A stretch of DNA of 61,892 nucleotides, filler included, from Choristocarpus tenellus KU-1152 (Eukaryota; Protista; Phaeophyceae): assembly GCA_964200185.2 (NCBI GenBank). It is 11 parts of 11 records of this genome, joined end to end, with 100 filler letters (N's around TTAATTAATTAA, not from the genome) between each part and the next. Parts side by side here need not be neighbours in the genome. Positions count along the whole stretch, not along the records: positions 38,752 to 54,370 come from CAXNAD020000960.1; positions 54,471 to 58,878 come from CAXNAD020014693.1; positions 58,979 to 61,892 come from CAXNAD020023690.1; 8 more parts are not named here. One strand, given 5' to 3'. Shown one piece after another: positions 51,201-61,892 of the stretch. Each line of letters begins with the position of its first letter. Position 1 is the stretch's first letter. A program made the position numbers and the translations under genes. The notes below the pieces were generated by a model. The model was given only the letters and a program-made list of their open reading frames with translations, was not told the DNA's origin and made no database searches.

Positions 51201-54200
51201 CCGTGTCAAGAGCAAGAATCGCAAGCGTAAGAGAGAGGGTGGTGTGGATGCTGGACTGATGGAGGCGGATGCTGGTGTGGATGAGGACCTGCAGGCCAAA
51301 TGCCAGGCAGATGCTCTGCATGAGGTGTGTTTTATTTTGGTCAAGGGGGAGGTAGAGAACACCTTGACTGTCAGCATGCAAATATAGCTTCAGGAAGGGT
51401 TGAGGTGCTGAATTCTGCTTGAGGGTGCCGTGGGTGTTGAAGGGGGGAGTAGGACCTTACTATAAGAGGCATCTTTGGTGCTACATATGCTTTACTGGAG
51501 GAGACTACTGAATGTTGCGGAGATGCAGGGAGAGGGATGTGATGAAATAGGTCTATCCACGTGTACGCTTGATGTCGACTGCAGTTGCAGCATGGAACAA
51601 CATGTGCATGGTCCTATATTGGTGGGAGTTGCCAACGGCTCGTTTTTTTGGCATGGAATTGGGAAATGAAGAAACATTGAGGGCTATCATGGATGGTACA
51701 TTTTTCTTAGGCAAGGGAATGAGAACGCTCCCGTCATTTTTCTGTATTGCCCAACCACATTCAACATTCATGATTTGTGCTGATCCACCGCAGATTCACC
51801 GACATTGCAGGTCCTCCTTCTCCTCCAACCTGCTCTTGTTCTCGTAGGTGATGCAAAAAATATGTCATCCTTGTTGATGCCCTGTTGCTATCATGTGTTG
51901 AAATATTCCACACTGGACCCGCAGTTGTGTGCCTTGATAGAGGACAATAATTGGCTTGGTGCAGATACACAATATTGATGTTACAAGCGGCTTATGGTCT
52001 TGATTCCACTGACTGAACTTGTGGGGTGAGACAGGTGCAGACTACCGTGTGTGATTTGCAACATCCACATGAGTAATCAGGAAAGAATACTATCTAGGTA
52101 TCATATGTACCATATATGATGTATCAACTGATAATCTAATATCAGGTCCCTACAATACATGAATCACTTATTTACTTCTCTTCAGTATAGCAAGCACATC
52201 TTCAACATGACACAAATCAATGGACACTTGTGAGTCAATGCATACAGTATATCTATCACTGGCTCTCCGTCCTATTATCTAATCCACTGGTGGTGTCTAT
52301 ATTGTGTCAGCACCACTATCCACGAACATCATCTACCCTCTCTTCACACTTTAGGGGGCTTCAAGAGTATATTACCAAGCAGAGTGTATATATACAACTA
52401 TGCGAGCCTCTCTTATCAACTCCTCACATCCTCACACCCTTCCAGATCAAACCGGACCTATCCTTCTCCATACACTGCAGCTCCTCGCCTGGTCACCATC
52501 CCTCAATGCTCGTTCCCTATCTCCATCCTCTCTACCTCTTGCACTGCTGTTTTTCAGGTTATGCTCACCTATTTCAGGGTGCTGAAGCGGCGCCCTCCTC
52601 CACCAACACTTTTTCCTGCAGCAATGGAGGGTCTCGCAAAGTACATCCACCTGGTCAACCTGGACACGGTGCAGGATCTGCTGGACCTGCTAAAGGACTT
52701 GCTCAACAATGAGGTGAATGGCTGGTACTTTGCTCCCTGTGATGTAAGAGCTCTTACAACTCTTTAGGGCTTCTGGCACGTCCCTGGCTCCAGTTGTCTT
52801 TTCTGTACTGAATTATGTAGCTCCAAGAATGTGGTGATTCATTTGCCATACTACAGGGGCTCAAATTCTTTTTTGCAAGTGTATGGTACTAACCCAACCT
52901 TTTTGTGCATTCTTCCTAATGGTTTAGTAACAATTTTGTTTTGAGGTGCAGAGTAGGGTGGAGTATGATTGTGCACCGAGTATACATTGAGATTGTACAT
53001 CATGGGTAAAAAAGGAGCTTGTTCTTTGTGCCAGAAGGTGAAGATAGGGGGTTAAAGGCTGCACTGGGTTAGGATCATCGCTTTGTCTCGTTGGTAATAT
53101 GGTATCCCTTGCACCAGTCTGTGCCCTGGCAGTCTTAGCTCAAATCTCTTCTCCTTGAGTGTGGTGTTTGTAGGGTAATTTGCAGAGATATAGCACACAT
53201 GTGCTTATTGCTATCCAACCAAAATCGATCCATCCTGATAATACTGATCCTGTTGAACACAGCGTGTATCTTTTTCCTTTCAGTCATCACACTGCTATAA
53301 ATTTTGCGTTCTCCCTTCTTGCACCATTGCTGTACCTCTATGATAGGAGGAGGCTGCCAAACTACCCCTGCGTGCTGCCCTCCATTGCATCCTTTCAGCT
53401 TTCCGAGCGTTGCAAGGCCCTGGCAGAGAGTTGCAGACAGATGAGGCTGCTTTTGTAAGGGCACTGTACCATCGCATGCCTGACATTCTTCATGAACTCC
53501 CTGGAGAGGCAACAAGTGGAAAGGGGCAAGGAATCTCCAGTGTAGTCCTGGTGTGTGACTGTATTGATGCAGCACTCATAAAACGGCGTGAGCTATCCAC
53601 AGCACGAATTGCTGCAGTCACAAAACGCCTTTTGTCAATGGCTCTACACCTTCCACAGGTATGGTATCAAGAGAGCCTCTTGTTTAGGTGCACAGATAAG
53701 GGGGTTGGCATTCTTGAACGTCTCTGCCTGGGGAAACAAGTCACCATGAAGTACATCACCCCTCATGTTTGGCATACCCAAGGCCCCGTTTATTGTCTTG
53801 CTCTAGTTGGATGATACTGTACATCAACCATCCACTATCTGTATTTGCTTCCCAACCCATGGTCCTCTCTGGTTGTTACATTCCCCTTCCCTAACCCTCT
53901 CCCCGTCATCACACACTTTTTTGCTCATATCTCCTTTTACAAATGACCATGGCACCCAATGAGAAGTCCCCTGCAAGGGCAGCCACTCCTGGGTCATGGC
54001 CTGGGCCAGCAGCAGCACTACTCCGGACAGCACACCGCCTCCTATTGCGCTACCCAGCAGCACAACAGCTCCTTGAGAATGAACATGACCGCCCTGGTTC
54101 TGGTCCCTACAGACCAGACTTGGCAGACCCAGAGCACGCCAATGCACTATCCTCAGCCACGTGGGAGCTCTCGCTGCTGCGGGCCAGTGCATGGCCTCTG

Positions 54201-54370
54201 TCAGGTTCATGGGCTGGAGACTTGGTGTCTCTAACCTCAAAAGATGCAGCTGCTGTACTTGTGGCCATGCATGATAGGGAGAGGGAGACACGAGAAATGG
54301 CACTCCTCAGTCCTCTCAGGGGTGCCTTTGCTGGCGTCCCCAAGCCAGAGGCCAGGGCGATTGCAGCAGG
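48207..54370 (+). CDS. NOC3: Nucleolar complex protein 3 homolog, spliced, 3' end truncated by contig end
   Basis: Exons ~48207/48213-49124, 49431-49610, 50044-50387, 51117-51324, 52558-52713, 53347-53658, ~53964-54370. NOC3-type motifs ERLPIKTKDG, IAELCEAILESPE, LLSQYAIFKDIIPSYRIR, HPHFNFRTNL, GLAKYIHLVNLD, YRPDLADPEHANAL. Start codon and last acceptor are uncertain. Confidence 0.92.
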
Positions 54371-54595
54371 NNNNNNNNNNNNNNNNNNNNNNNNNNNNNN
54401 NNNNNNNNNNNNNNTTAATTAATTAANNNNNNNNNNNNNNNNNNNNNNNNNNNNNNNNNNNNNNNNNNNNACCCCTACCCCACCCCCCCCCCTCCCCCCC
54501 CCCTCCCCCTCCCCCCCCCCCCCCCTCCCCCTCCCCCTCCCCCTCCCCCTCTTCCCAACATAGTAAAACAAAAAAGACAAATCGGAAAAACTGAC

Positions 54596-57500
54596 CCAAG
54601 GATAAGATCAGAGCACTTGCGCCAGTCACCCTCCATGAGGCGTTTTGCAGCAGCAATAACGTGATCCCTTATGTTTTCTGGCGGACCCGTAAACACCTGA
54701 TAATAAAGTTAAAAATAAAATAAAATAAAATAATAAGCTTAAAATTATATTGTTAAAATAATGAAATTAAAATAATAAGTTTAAAATAAGAATGTTAAAA
54801 AAAGAAAGCTTGATCATCCCACAAAAAAGTCTAAACTTAAATAGATACATACAGCAAGAGGGTTATTTTCAAAGAGAGGAAAGACAAATACATAGAGGAA
54901 GAGATAAAAAAATATGCCTGAGACATTATTGCAACAGAGCTATAGTAACAGTACTACATACATACCAACCACACAAGATCTGCAACGACCAGGGCGGAGG
55001 CGAGGGAGGGCAAGAGGTGAGTTGATACAAGCCCTGTTGCAACCCTGCATGATAACCAAAAACTCAAAACCTTAGCAAATTTTTAAAAAAAATGGAGACG
55101 GAGTACACATATGGCGTAACAAAAATAAAAATGTCTTGACTTATCCATCTCACAAATGTTACATTGATCTTCCACTCACCACCTCCTTCCTCCCCACCAA
55201 TACATAGGCGGTGACAATCACACATACCGGAAAAGTCATCCATCAAAACAGAGAGCACCACCGCTGAAAGCAACACAACATGAAATAAATTCTGCATTAT
55301 CTTTCCACCTAGAATACAGTCTATATATTCATTGGTAACACAGTAGCAAGTGCCATCAACAACATTCCTACCTCCCCACCTCCTTCACCTATAACTTACC
55401 ACCAATCCAATCCTTGTTCCTTATCAAACACCAACAGTATGAAAAAACACACACACCATCACACAATAGCCCCACACCAACACAAACTCAATCGCACCCA
55501 AGAAGCTCCTCTCTCCCCCCCTCCCCCCAGCCTCCACCTCTCCTAACTCAGTACCTGACGGTTGTAAATATCCATGAACCTACGGAAGTGCTTTGATATC
55601 ACACGCCTTCTCAGCTCTGTGGACTCCTGAGCCATGTTGGGCACCTCTAGAAGCATTGCACTTGTGAGGTGGCAGCACTCCAAGAGATCCAAGTTGATAT
55701 GCATGTGGTAAGGCATTTGCCGTCGTCGTTCAGCCTTCTCCTGCTCAGGGTTCTTATCCTGTATCACACAACAACCAGAAAAAAGAAGGAATACATATCA
55801 CTGCCTTCATCACAAAAGTCACCTGTCCATATCCATGATATATAAACATAACTATATTCATCCACCACAAACCAACACACGACAAACGCCCTTCGTGTAC
55901 AAGTGAATGAATCTATCATTCAAATGAATGAATCTGTCGTTCCTTTCATCACTAACAAAACATTCCTATTCAATATTGCTGACTAAAAATCCTACCGGGC
56001 GTAAACAAACCTAGCACTTATGTATACCGCACTTATGTGTACCATTCCTATGTTAAAATACCAATGTTTGGTCAGTTGATGTTGCATGTAACGAACTGCC
56101 AGGGTTGACTGTCCCTGCCCTCCCCCCCAGTCACCTGGAAACGATTCATCTGGATACCTTGCGCCAACAGCTCTTTCACCCTCGAGGAGCAAACATCCCT
56201 CAGACAATCATGTGCTTCAGAGATAAGGCCGAGACGGAATGCACACAGTCCCAGGGTTACCATCATTCTATTATAAAGAATCTGGGTCGCAATATCAGTC
56301 TGGCTGATGTTGTCCTGAACATACATACGCACGGGATAGGAATGTAGAGAGAGACTGAATGTGTTAGGAACTGGAAAGGATGAACAAGACATGCTACTGA
56401 GAAAAGGTGGAGAACTAACACTAGTGTAATAAACGGGGCTCATTATATCTAACTGCGGCAGTATTAAACCTTTCATTCAGTCAGTCGTTCATTCCTTTAT
56501 CAACTACATTTCACACACACTCTTGCATCCATCTCCACAACAAAACCACCTCCAGCTGCATCAACCCATATCAAGGACGAAATACCCACAGATCAAACAC
56601 ATAAACACACCAACACATACCAACACTCTGTACCCTCTTTCCGCCAACATCACAAAACTGCACATCTAACTAACAACCATCTATCACTGCTAGTCAGCAA
56701 ACAAACAAAAAGGCACCTACTTTTCCCCAAAAATACCACATAAAAAATATATCTACACACCCTACTCAAGCATTGCTGAACTTTTGACAATCTATTCAGC
56801 ACCCCATCACTGAAACACCACCCTCATGCACCATCTTTCTACATCAACAATCTGCAACCCCAACAATACTGCACATCCTCACCATCAACACCCCTCCAAC
56901 CACCACACTCTCAATCTTCACCTCATACCCAACACCTACCATCATTACTACCACACCTGGAGGTGACTCATAAGGAGCAGGTCCCTGGCAGCATAAAACC
57001 TATCGTGTAGGGCGTGATGTGTGATGTGACACAACATCGCCCTTGTACGAGCACGATCATCCCCCTCCTGGTACACCATCACACACAGGCGTTTCACTTG
57101 TTCCGCATAGTTTGTCTGACATGGAAATGGACATGGACATGGACATTGTCACAAACCACCAGGAGGAAGAGTAAGAGATTATCGATCCGATTGAAGTTAT
57201 GACCACACACACACACAGGAGTGGTGGCAACAGCACACGGAAAGGGCGGGCAGGGACGGATGGGGATGACGAAATTAGTTAAAGTATCTTAGAGGGTACG
57301 AATTTTGCCCTGTTTGTCCTTTTGGGGCTTGATATCCCATATGATATTCTCCAACTCCAAAATGTTTAGGAGTGTATGTAAAGTGTATACGTTATGAAAA
57401 AGTGTGTCCGGAACATGGAGATTGACACTTCCTAACAAACACGATAGTAAAATTACATCAAAATCGCAACATTGGATTTTGAATCCACAAATGGACGCAG

Positions 57501-58401
57501 CCCTACACTCTAAGATACTTCGGCTCAAATTGGATTGTGCTGGGACAAGGACACAATTCTATCCAAAATTTGGTTCTGATTTAGAGAGGGCACAGTACAA
57601 ATACACTGAAGTAAGAGATATGGACACAATTTTTTATTATCGGAACTATTTTTAAACATAATAAAAAAACTGTAAGAACCAGACAACATAGGACCCACTA
57701 CTGCTGCTCTTGAGCCCCCCATCTCACCCCATAGACTTCAAAAAGAAATAAAAATATATTTTTCACAACCAAAGACTACCATCACCTCATCATGCTCCAC
57801 TGTTGGCACACCCATGAAGGCAGCAGGGTGTCCCTTTGTCACATCCAACGCACCATCTGAAGGAACTGCGGCAGAGGCAACAGTACAAGCAGGGTGGAGA
57901 TCCTCCACCCTGCCCCACTGCAGTTCATCCATTATTTTTTGGGATAAAGAACAGGGAAGCAGAAGGGTGTGAGTGTTAAGTGTGTGTGTGTGTTTGACCC
58001 AACTGAAACGTTGCTGTCAATGGGCAATGCAAGAGATTATATTGTCAACAAAGATCAAGGATCACTAGGTCTGCAAAGGGCTTGACTGGCACAGGAAGTG
58101 AGATACATAGATGGGGGGCATTGAAGGGAGAATAGAGGGGAGGGAATAAACTCTACGAAAAGAGAGGCACCAAACTCAACATTTCAAACTCATTTTACTC
58201 AATTAAGAAAAAAAAACAGAGAATTTAGATATCAACTCAGCATCAACACCCTCTACCAGTATGGTGTCTACATTCCTTCACCAGACTACCCTTCACTTCA
58301 CCTATCTCTCCTTCCCTTCGCTATCTCACCTTGTTAGTGAAGGCCTGGGCCTTGTGCACAGCATTAGCAATCGAGACATGTTGGTAGTAAAGATGTTCCG
58401 C
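54596..58401 (-). CDS. EIF3C: Translation initiation factor 3 subunit C, internal exons
   Basis: Exons in transcription order: 58330-58401, 57786-57917, 56957-57115, 56135-56314, 55555-55758, 54596-54696; all GT-AG and in phase. Peptides [75 protein letters not shown]. Confidence 0.96.
57276..57526 (-). mobile_element. MITE family A copy in an eIF3c intron
   Basis: Reverse complement of the family A body, with both TIRs. Confidence 0.85.
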
Positions 58402-58978
58402 CTTTTCAACCAAAAGACATTTAAAACAGGGAGAAATCAGAGCCAGGGGGGGGGGGAAGGGGGAAAGGAGGATAACCCAGTCAAAGGTTGGATGCAAATG
58501 ATCCAATCGATTCAAGGGAGCAAGCACAAAAACAAAAAAAAAGCAGAAATTTGCTCTGTCACAGCTTTGATAGCAACAGGAAAGGGTGGGTGTGATACAT
58601 TGGGGAGAAGAAGATGCGAATCAAGAAAGTCTAGGTACAGACTGAACACACAATAGATATTCACTCCGGGCAAAGTGGGAAAGGTATGAACAATGCCCTA
58701 ACATCAAAATTGTTAGTATTTCACAAATTAATTGCAAGGCAAGATACTTGGGGAATATTCCACTGAGAGGAAAACACCAAGAACACCCAAATCAATACCA
58801 AATCTTCTTTGTGGAAAAGGTCAACAAGGGGGCGGCAGTGGTGGGGGTGGGGGCGGGGGGAGGTTCAATTTGGAGAGTNNNNNNNNNNNNNNNNNNNNNN
58901 NNNNNNNNNNNNNNNNNNNNNNTTAATTAATTAANNNNNNNNNNNNNNNNNNNNNNNNNNNNNNNNNNNNNNNNNNNN

Positions 58979-59098
58979 GCTTCGACGATTGATTTCCCCG
59001 CACACCACGATTAATCAGTCGCTTCGACGATTGATTTCCCAGCTCACCACGATTAATTAGTCGCTTCGACGATGGATTCCCAGCTAACCCTAACCCTA
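58979..59098. repeat. 42-bp tandem repeat x2.5 ending in telomere-type CTAACCCTAACCCTAA
   Basis: GCTTCGACGAT at 58979, 59021 and 59063. Confidence 0.9.
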
Positions 59099-59149
59099 AT
59101 TACTACAAAATCGATATTATACCATATAAATTATGTGCCGCTTTTTTAG

Positions 59150-59735
59150 GGCATACCCAGGGGTGAACAAATCGGTGTAGGTACTGTATTCAAATACGTG
59201 TCTCAGTGTTGGATTGAGTTTTGATCGTTTTGATACTGAGTGTGAGTTGAGTGCGTATGCTGATGCTAGTTATGCTGGAGACTGGAATGATCGTAGATCA
59301 GCGACTGGAGGAGCAATAATGTTTGCAGGAGGAGCAATATCTTGGATGTCAAAGGCACAAAGACTTGTAGCTCTGTCTTCCACGGAGAGTGAATACATAG
59401 CTCTCAGCAGTGTGGCACAGGAATTACCTTTCTTGAGAAGCGTTTTTGAGTTTATTCAGCCACAGTTTCCTAGGCGTTGCATTGGCATGTTTGAGGATAA
59501 CGATGGTGCATGCAAATTAGTACGAAATGCCACAAGGCTCTACAAGAACAGTGCACATTGATGTCCGACATCATTTTCTTAGGGATTTGTCTAGAAAAGG
59601 AGAGATTCGTTTGTTTTGTTTTTGTTGGTACTGCAAATTATGCAAAAGAGAGCTACTCAAGTAGAGTATTTGCTTTGTGTGGTATGGATATGTTTATTAG
59701 CGGAGTGAGCACTATCCTCAAGGTGGGGAGGTGGT
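59150..59735 (+). mobile_element. Ty1/Copia LTR retrotransposon relic (RT C-terminus + RNase H), frameshifted
   Basis: LSAYADASYAGDWNDRRSATGG...AISWMSKAQRLVALSSTESEYIAL...FEDNDGA; after a frameshift near 59540 it continues RTVHIDVRHHFLRD. A purine-rich tract at ~59720-59733 may be the polypurine tract. Confidence 0.9.
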
Positions 59736-59803
59736 GCTCTCCCTTGTTATCTAATTCATTCGTCATCAAACACGTCAGAGATATATTTAAACATGTTTGT
59801 GAC

Positions 59804-59872
59804 AGTTACACTACGTCAGTCACTTATAAGTTCAAGTTACACTACGTCAGTCGCTTGTAAGTTCAAGTTACA
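59804..59872. repeat. 31-bp tandem repeat x2.3
   Basis: AGTTACACTACGTCAGTC(A/G)CTT(A/G)TAAGTTCA repeated. Confidence 0.85.
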
Positions 59873-60804
59873 TTACTTCATTCACTTTTTCACTATAAAC
59901 CATATAGACTACTAGTCTATATTGCACACTTCTCACCAGCAAATAGAAACCATAAACATTTGCGCAGAGTAGTGAAGTGTTTGACTTGTTAGGTGGGCAC
60001 AAGATGAACCAACCAGTATATCAAAGCTATATATTGTTGCCATGAGGACCATTATCGCACAAATTGTAGCTAGCAAGAAACAGCTTCAGGAACAGCTTCT
60101 TGCAAGGAAACCACAGCACCGAGACGTAATCTCATACGACTGCTATGTGTGTGGTGTGATACTACTGTTTGCACTACTTTAGTATTTGGGCCTTGCAGCT
60201 GCTTTCCAATCGCAACTATGCCCTGTGTTTAGATCTACATTATTATTGGAACCAACTAATCGCTGATCAATTTTGTGTTCTTTTTGCTGGGATCAAGTGG
60301 ATAGCTAGGTCACAGGCTTGCAAAGGAGGTCAAGAGAGAGCTTGTCGCCCGGAAATACTCAAAAGCAAACTAAGCTCGCTGCAACAGCCGGTCATGGTGC
60401 ACTTCTTGGTGTAAGCAACCAAAATATCCACAACCTCAGAATTCTCCTGTAGAGACTGAGTACGGGCATCCAACAACCCGAGGAGGGTGAAGGATAATCT
60501 GAGCTTGGCTTGGTGGAGGCATTGGGAAACCTCCAGATCAGGGCTGGTGAGCTTCAGACCAACAACATCATCACTAGGGCTCAAGAGCGGCTACAGGTAG
60601 AAGAGCAGAAGGGTGTAACCGAGACCTTGGCACAGGACATCAACGATGACCTACTGGAGGCAGTTTGTGTACAAACACCACTAGCAAGGCTGACTAGGAA
60701 CAAGCTGAATTTTAAGGAGGTGAGACCGAGACAGAGGATGGTGGTGGTTACAGCAGTGAAGGGGCGAGTCTTTGTCCACCCACCTCTGCTGAAGTTCCAC
60801 CATA

Positions 60805-61065
60805 GAGTGAAATTATCTTAGAGGGTACGAGGCTTGCCCTGTTTGTTCATTTGGGACTTGGCTTCCCGTGGGTTGTTTATGATATTTTACCTACTCCAAA
60901 ATGTTTCGTAGTAGGCAAAATGTGTACGATATGAAAAGGAGTGTCTAGAACAAGGATATTGACATCTCCTAACAAACATGATAAAGTCAAAATTACATCA
61001 AAATTGCAACATAGGATTTTGCTCCCCAAATGGACAAGACTCTACCCTCTACGATACTTTGACTC
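60805..61065 (-). mobile_element. MITE family A copy
   Basis: Both TIRs present; 3-bp TSD ATA/ATA. Confidence 0.85.
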
Positions 61066-61892
61066 ATATGTTCTTTGTTTGGAGGCGAAGGCTGAATTGA
61101 GTGAACTAGAACATACCTACAGAATTGGTGGAGGAGGCCAAAATGGAGTTCTGATAAAGTACTTTTGCTTCGAGACCCGCAGTGCAGATGGTACTAGACA
61201 GTTCCTTGAGTGATAAAGGCTGTGATGTGCTGCTCCTTTTCTCTGCACCGATAATTTTTTATTTTATCTCCACACTCATAATATTGCAACGACATAATAT
61301 CTTACTGTTCATGGATTGTACTGCTGATACACTATAGACACCACTGCCGGAGTAGATAATATGATACATGATACAGACTCACTGATGCATATACCAGATG
61401 TATTGACTTACTGGTGTCAAGTGATTTGTGCTACGTTCAAGATATATTTGTCATACTGAAGATAATTAACTGAGCAATTCGCATTAAGTTAGTGTGGACA
61501 ATCGCATAACCCAAAACTATAGGAAGAGTGACGGGTGCCACTAGTTGTGAGCTCCATGAGTTCAGTCAGGTGAACTGAGACCACAAGCCCATTGTAACAT
61601 TAACATTACTACTGATATATTCACGCCAACCAATATTGTCCTTTACCAAGGCACACGATTGGTCGTCTTAACCGTGGGGTTAGTGTGGAATGCCTCAAAA
61701 CCTACCAGAACGAATAATGGAAGTCGCAAACACGTGGACCGTACTTGTTTGGTTAGTCCATTGATCGATTTCATGCATTAGTTCGAAGTATGTTACCGCA
61801 ATGACAAAAGAAACAAAACGAGCGGCAGATATGTTACAGGCGCCCCTCAATGCTCACCTTTCCAGGATGTACAAGTCAAATCCAATTCACAG

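Noticed and set aside
46629-58401. ABCC-NOC3-eIF3c as a functional cluster
   Set aside because: eIF3c is on a different contig; ABCC and NOC3 are unrelated housekeeping neighbours.
60510-60804. Protein-like 100-aa ORF interrupted by a MITE
   Set aside because: Upstream in-frame stop, no motif and no clear splice structure; cannot be called.

Overview
Eukaryotic nuclear DNA, most consistent with a brown alga or related stramenopile (inferred from many medium-long introns, TTAGGG-type telomere motifs and the eIF3c sequence). The window is not contiguous: it is 11 draft contigs joined by ten artificial 100-bp linkers (44 N + TTAATTAATTAA + 44 N). I reconstructed partial spliced genes by hand: an ABCC/MRP transporter (+, 39758-46629), NOC3 (+, 48207-54370), eIF3c (-, 54596-58401), succinyl-CoA ligase beta subunit (-, 35934-38414), a HET-like 'RAWCRLE' protein (+, 32431-35107), a low-complexity FG-containing protein (+, 13729-17636) and weaker unknown exons. 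Mobile DNA includes three MITE families sharing a terminal inverted-repeat (TIR) core with 3-bp target-site duplications (TSDs), consistent with PIF/Harbinger. There is also a hAT-like MITE, a Copia RT/RNase H relic, a possible Penelope-like end and many minisatellites. The main unexpected signals are: a stop-free 207-bp, ~32% GC fragment of an alphaproteobacterial (Rickettsiales-like) tolB gene inside a host contig (23384-23590); three phase-2 GC-AG introns plus many AAG acceptors; and a 1-bp frameshift in the ABCC gene. No CRISPR array, rRNA or intact tRNA was seen.
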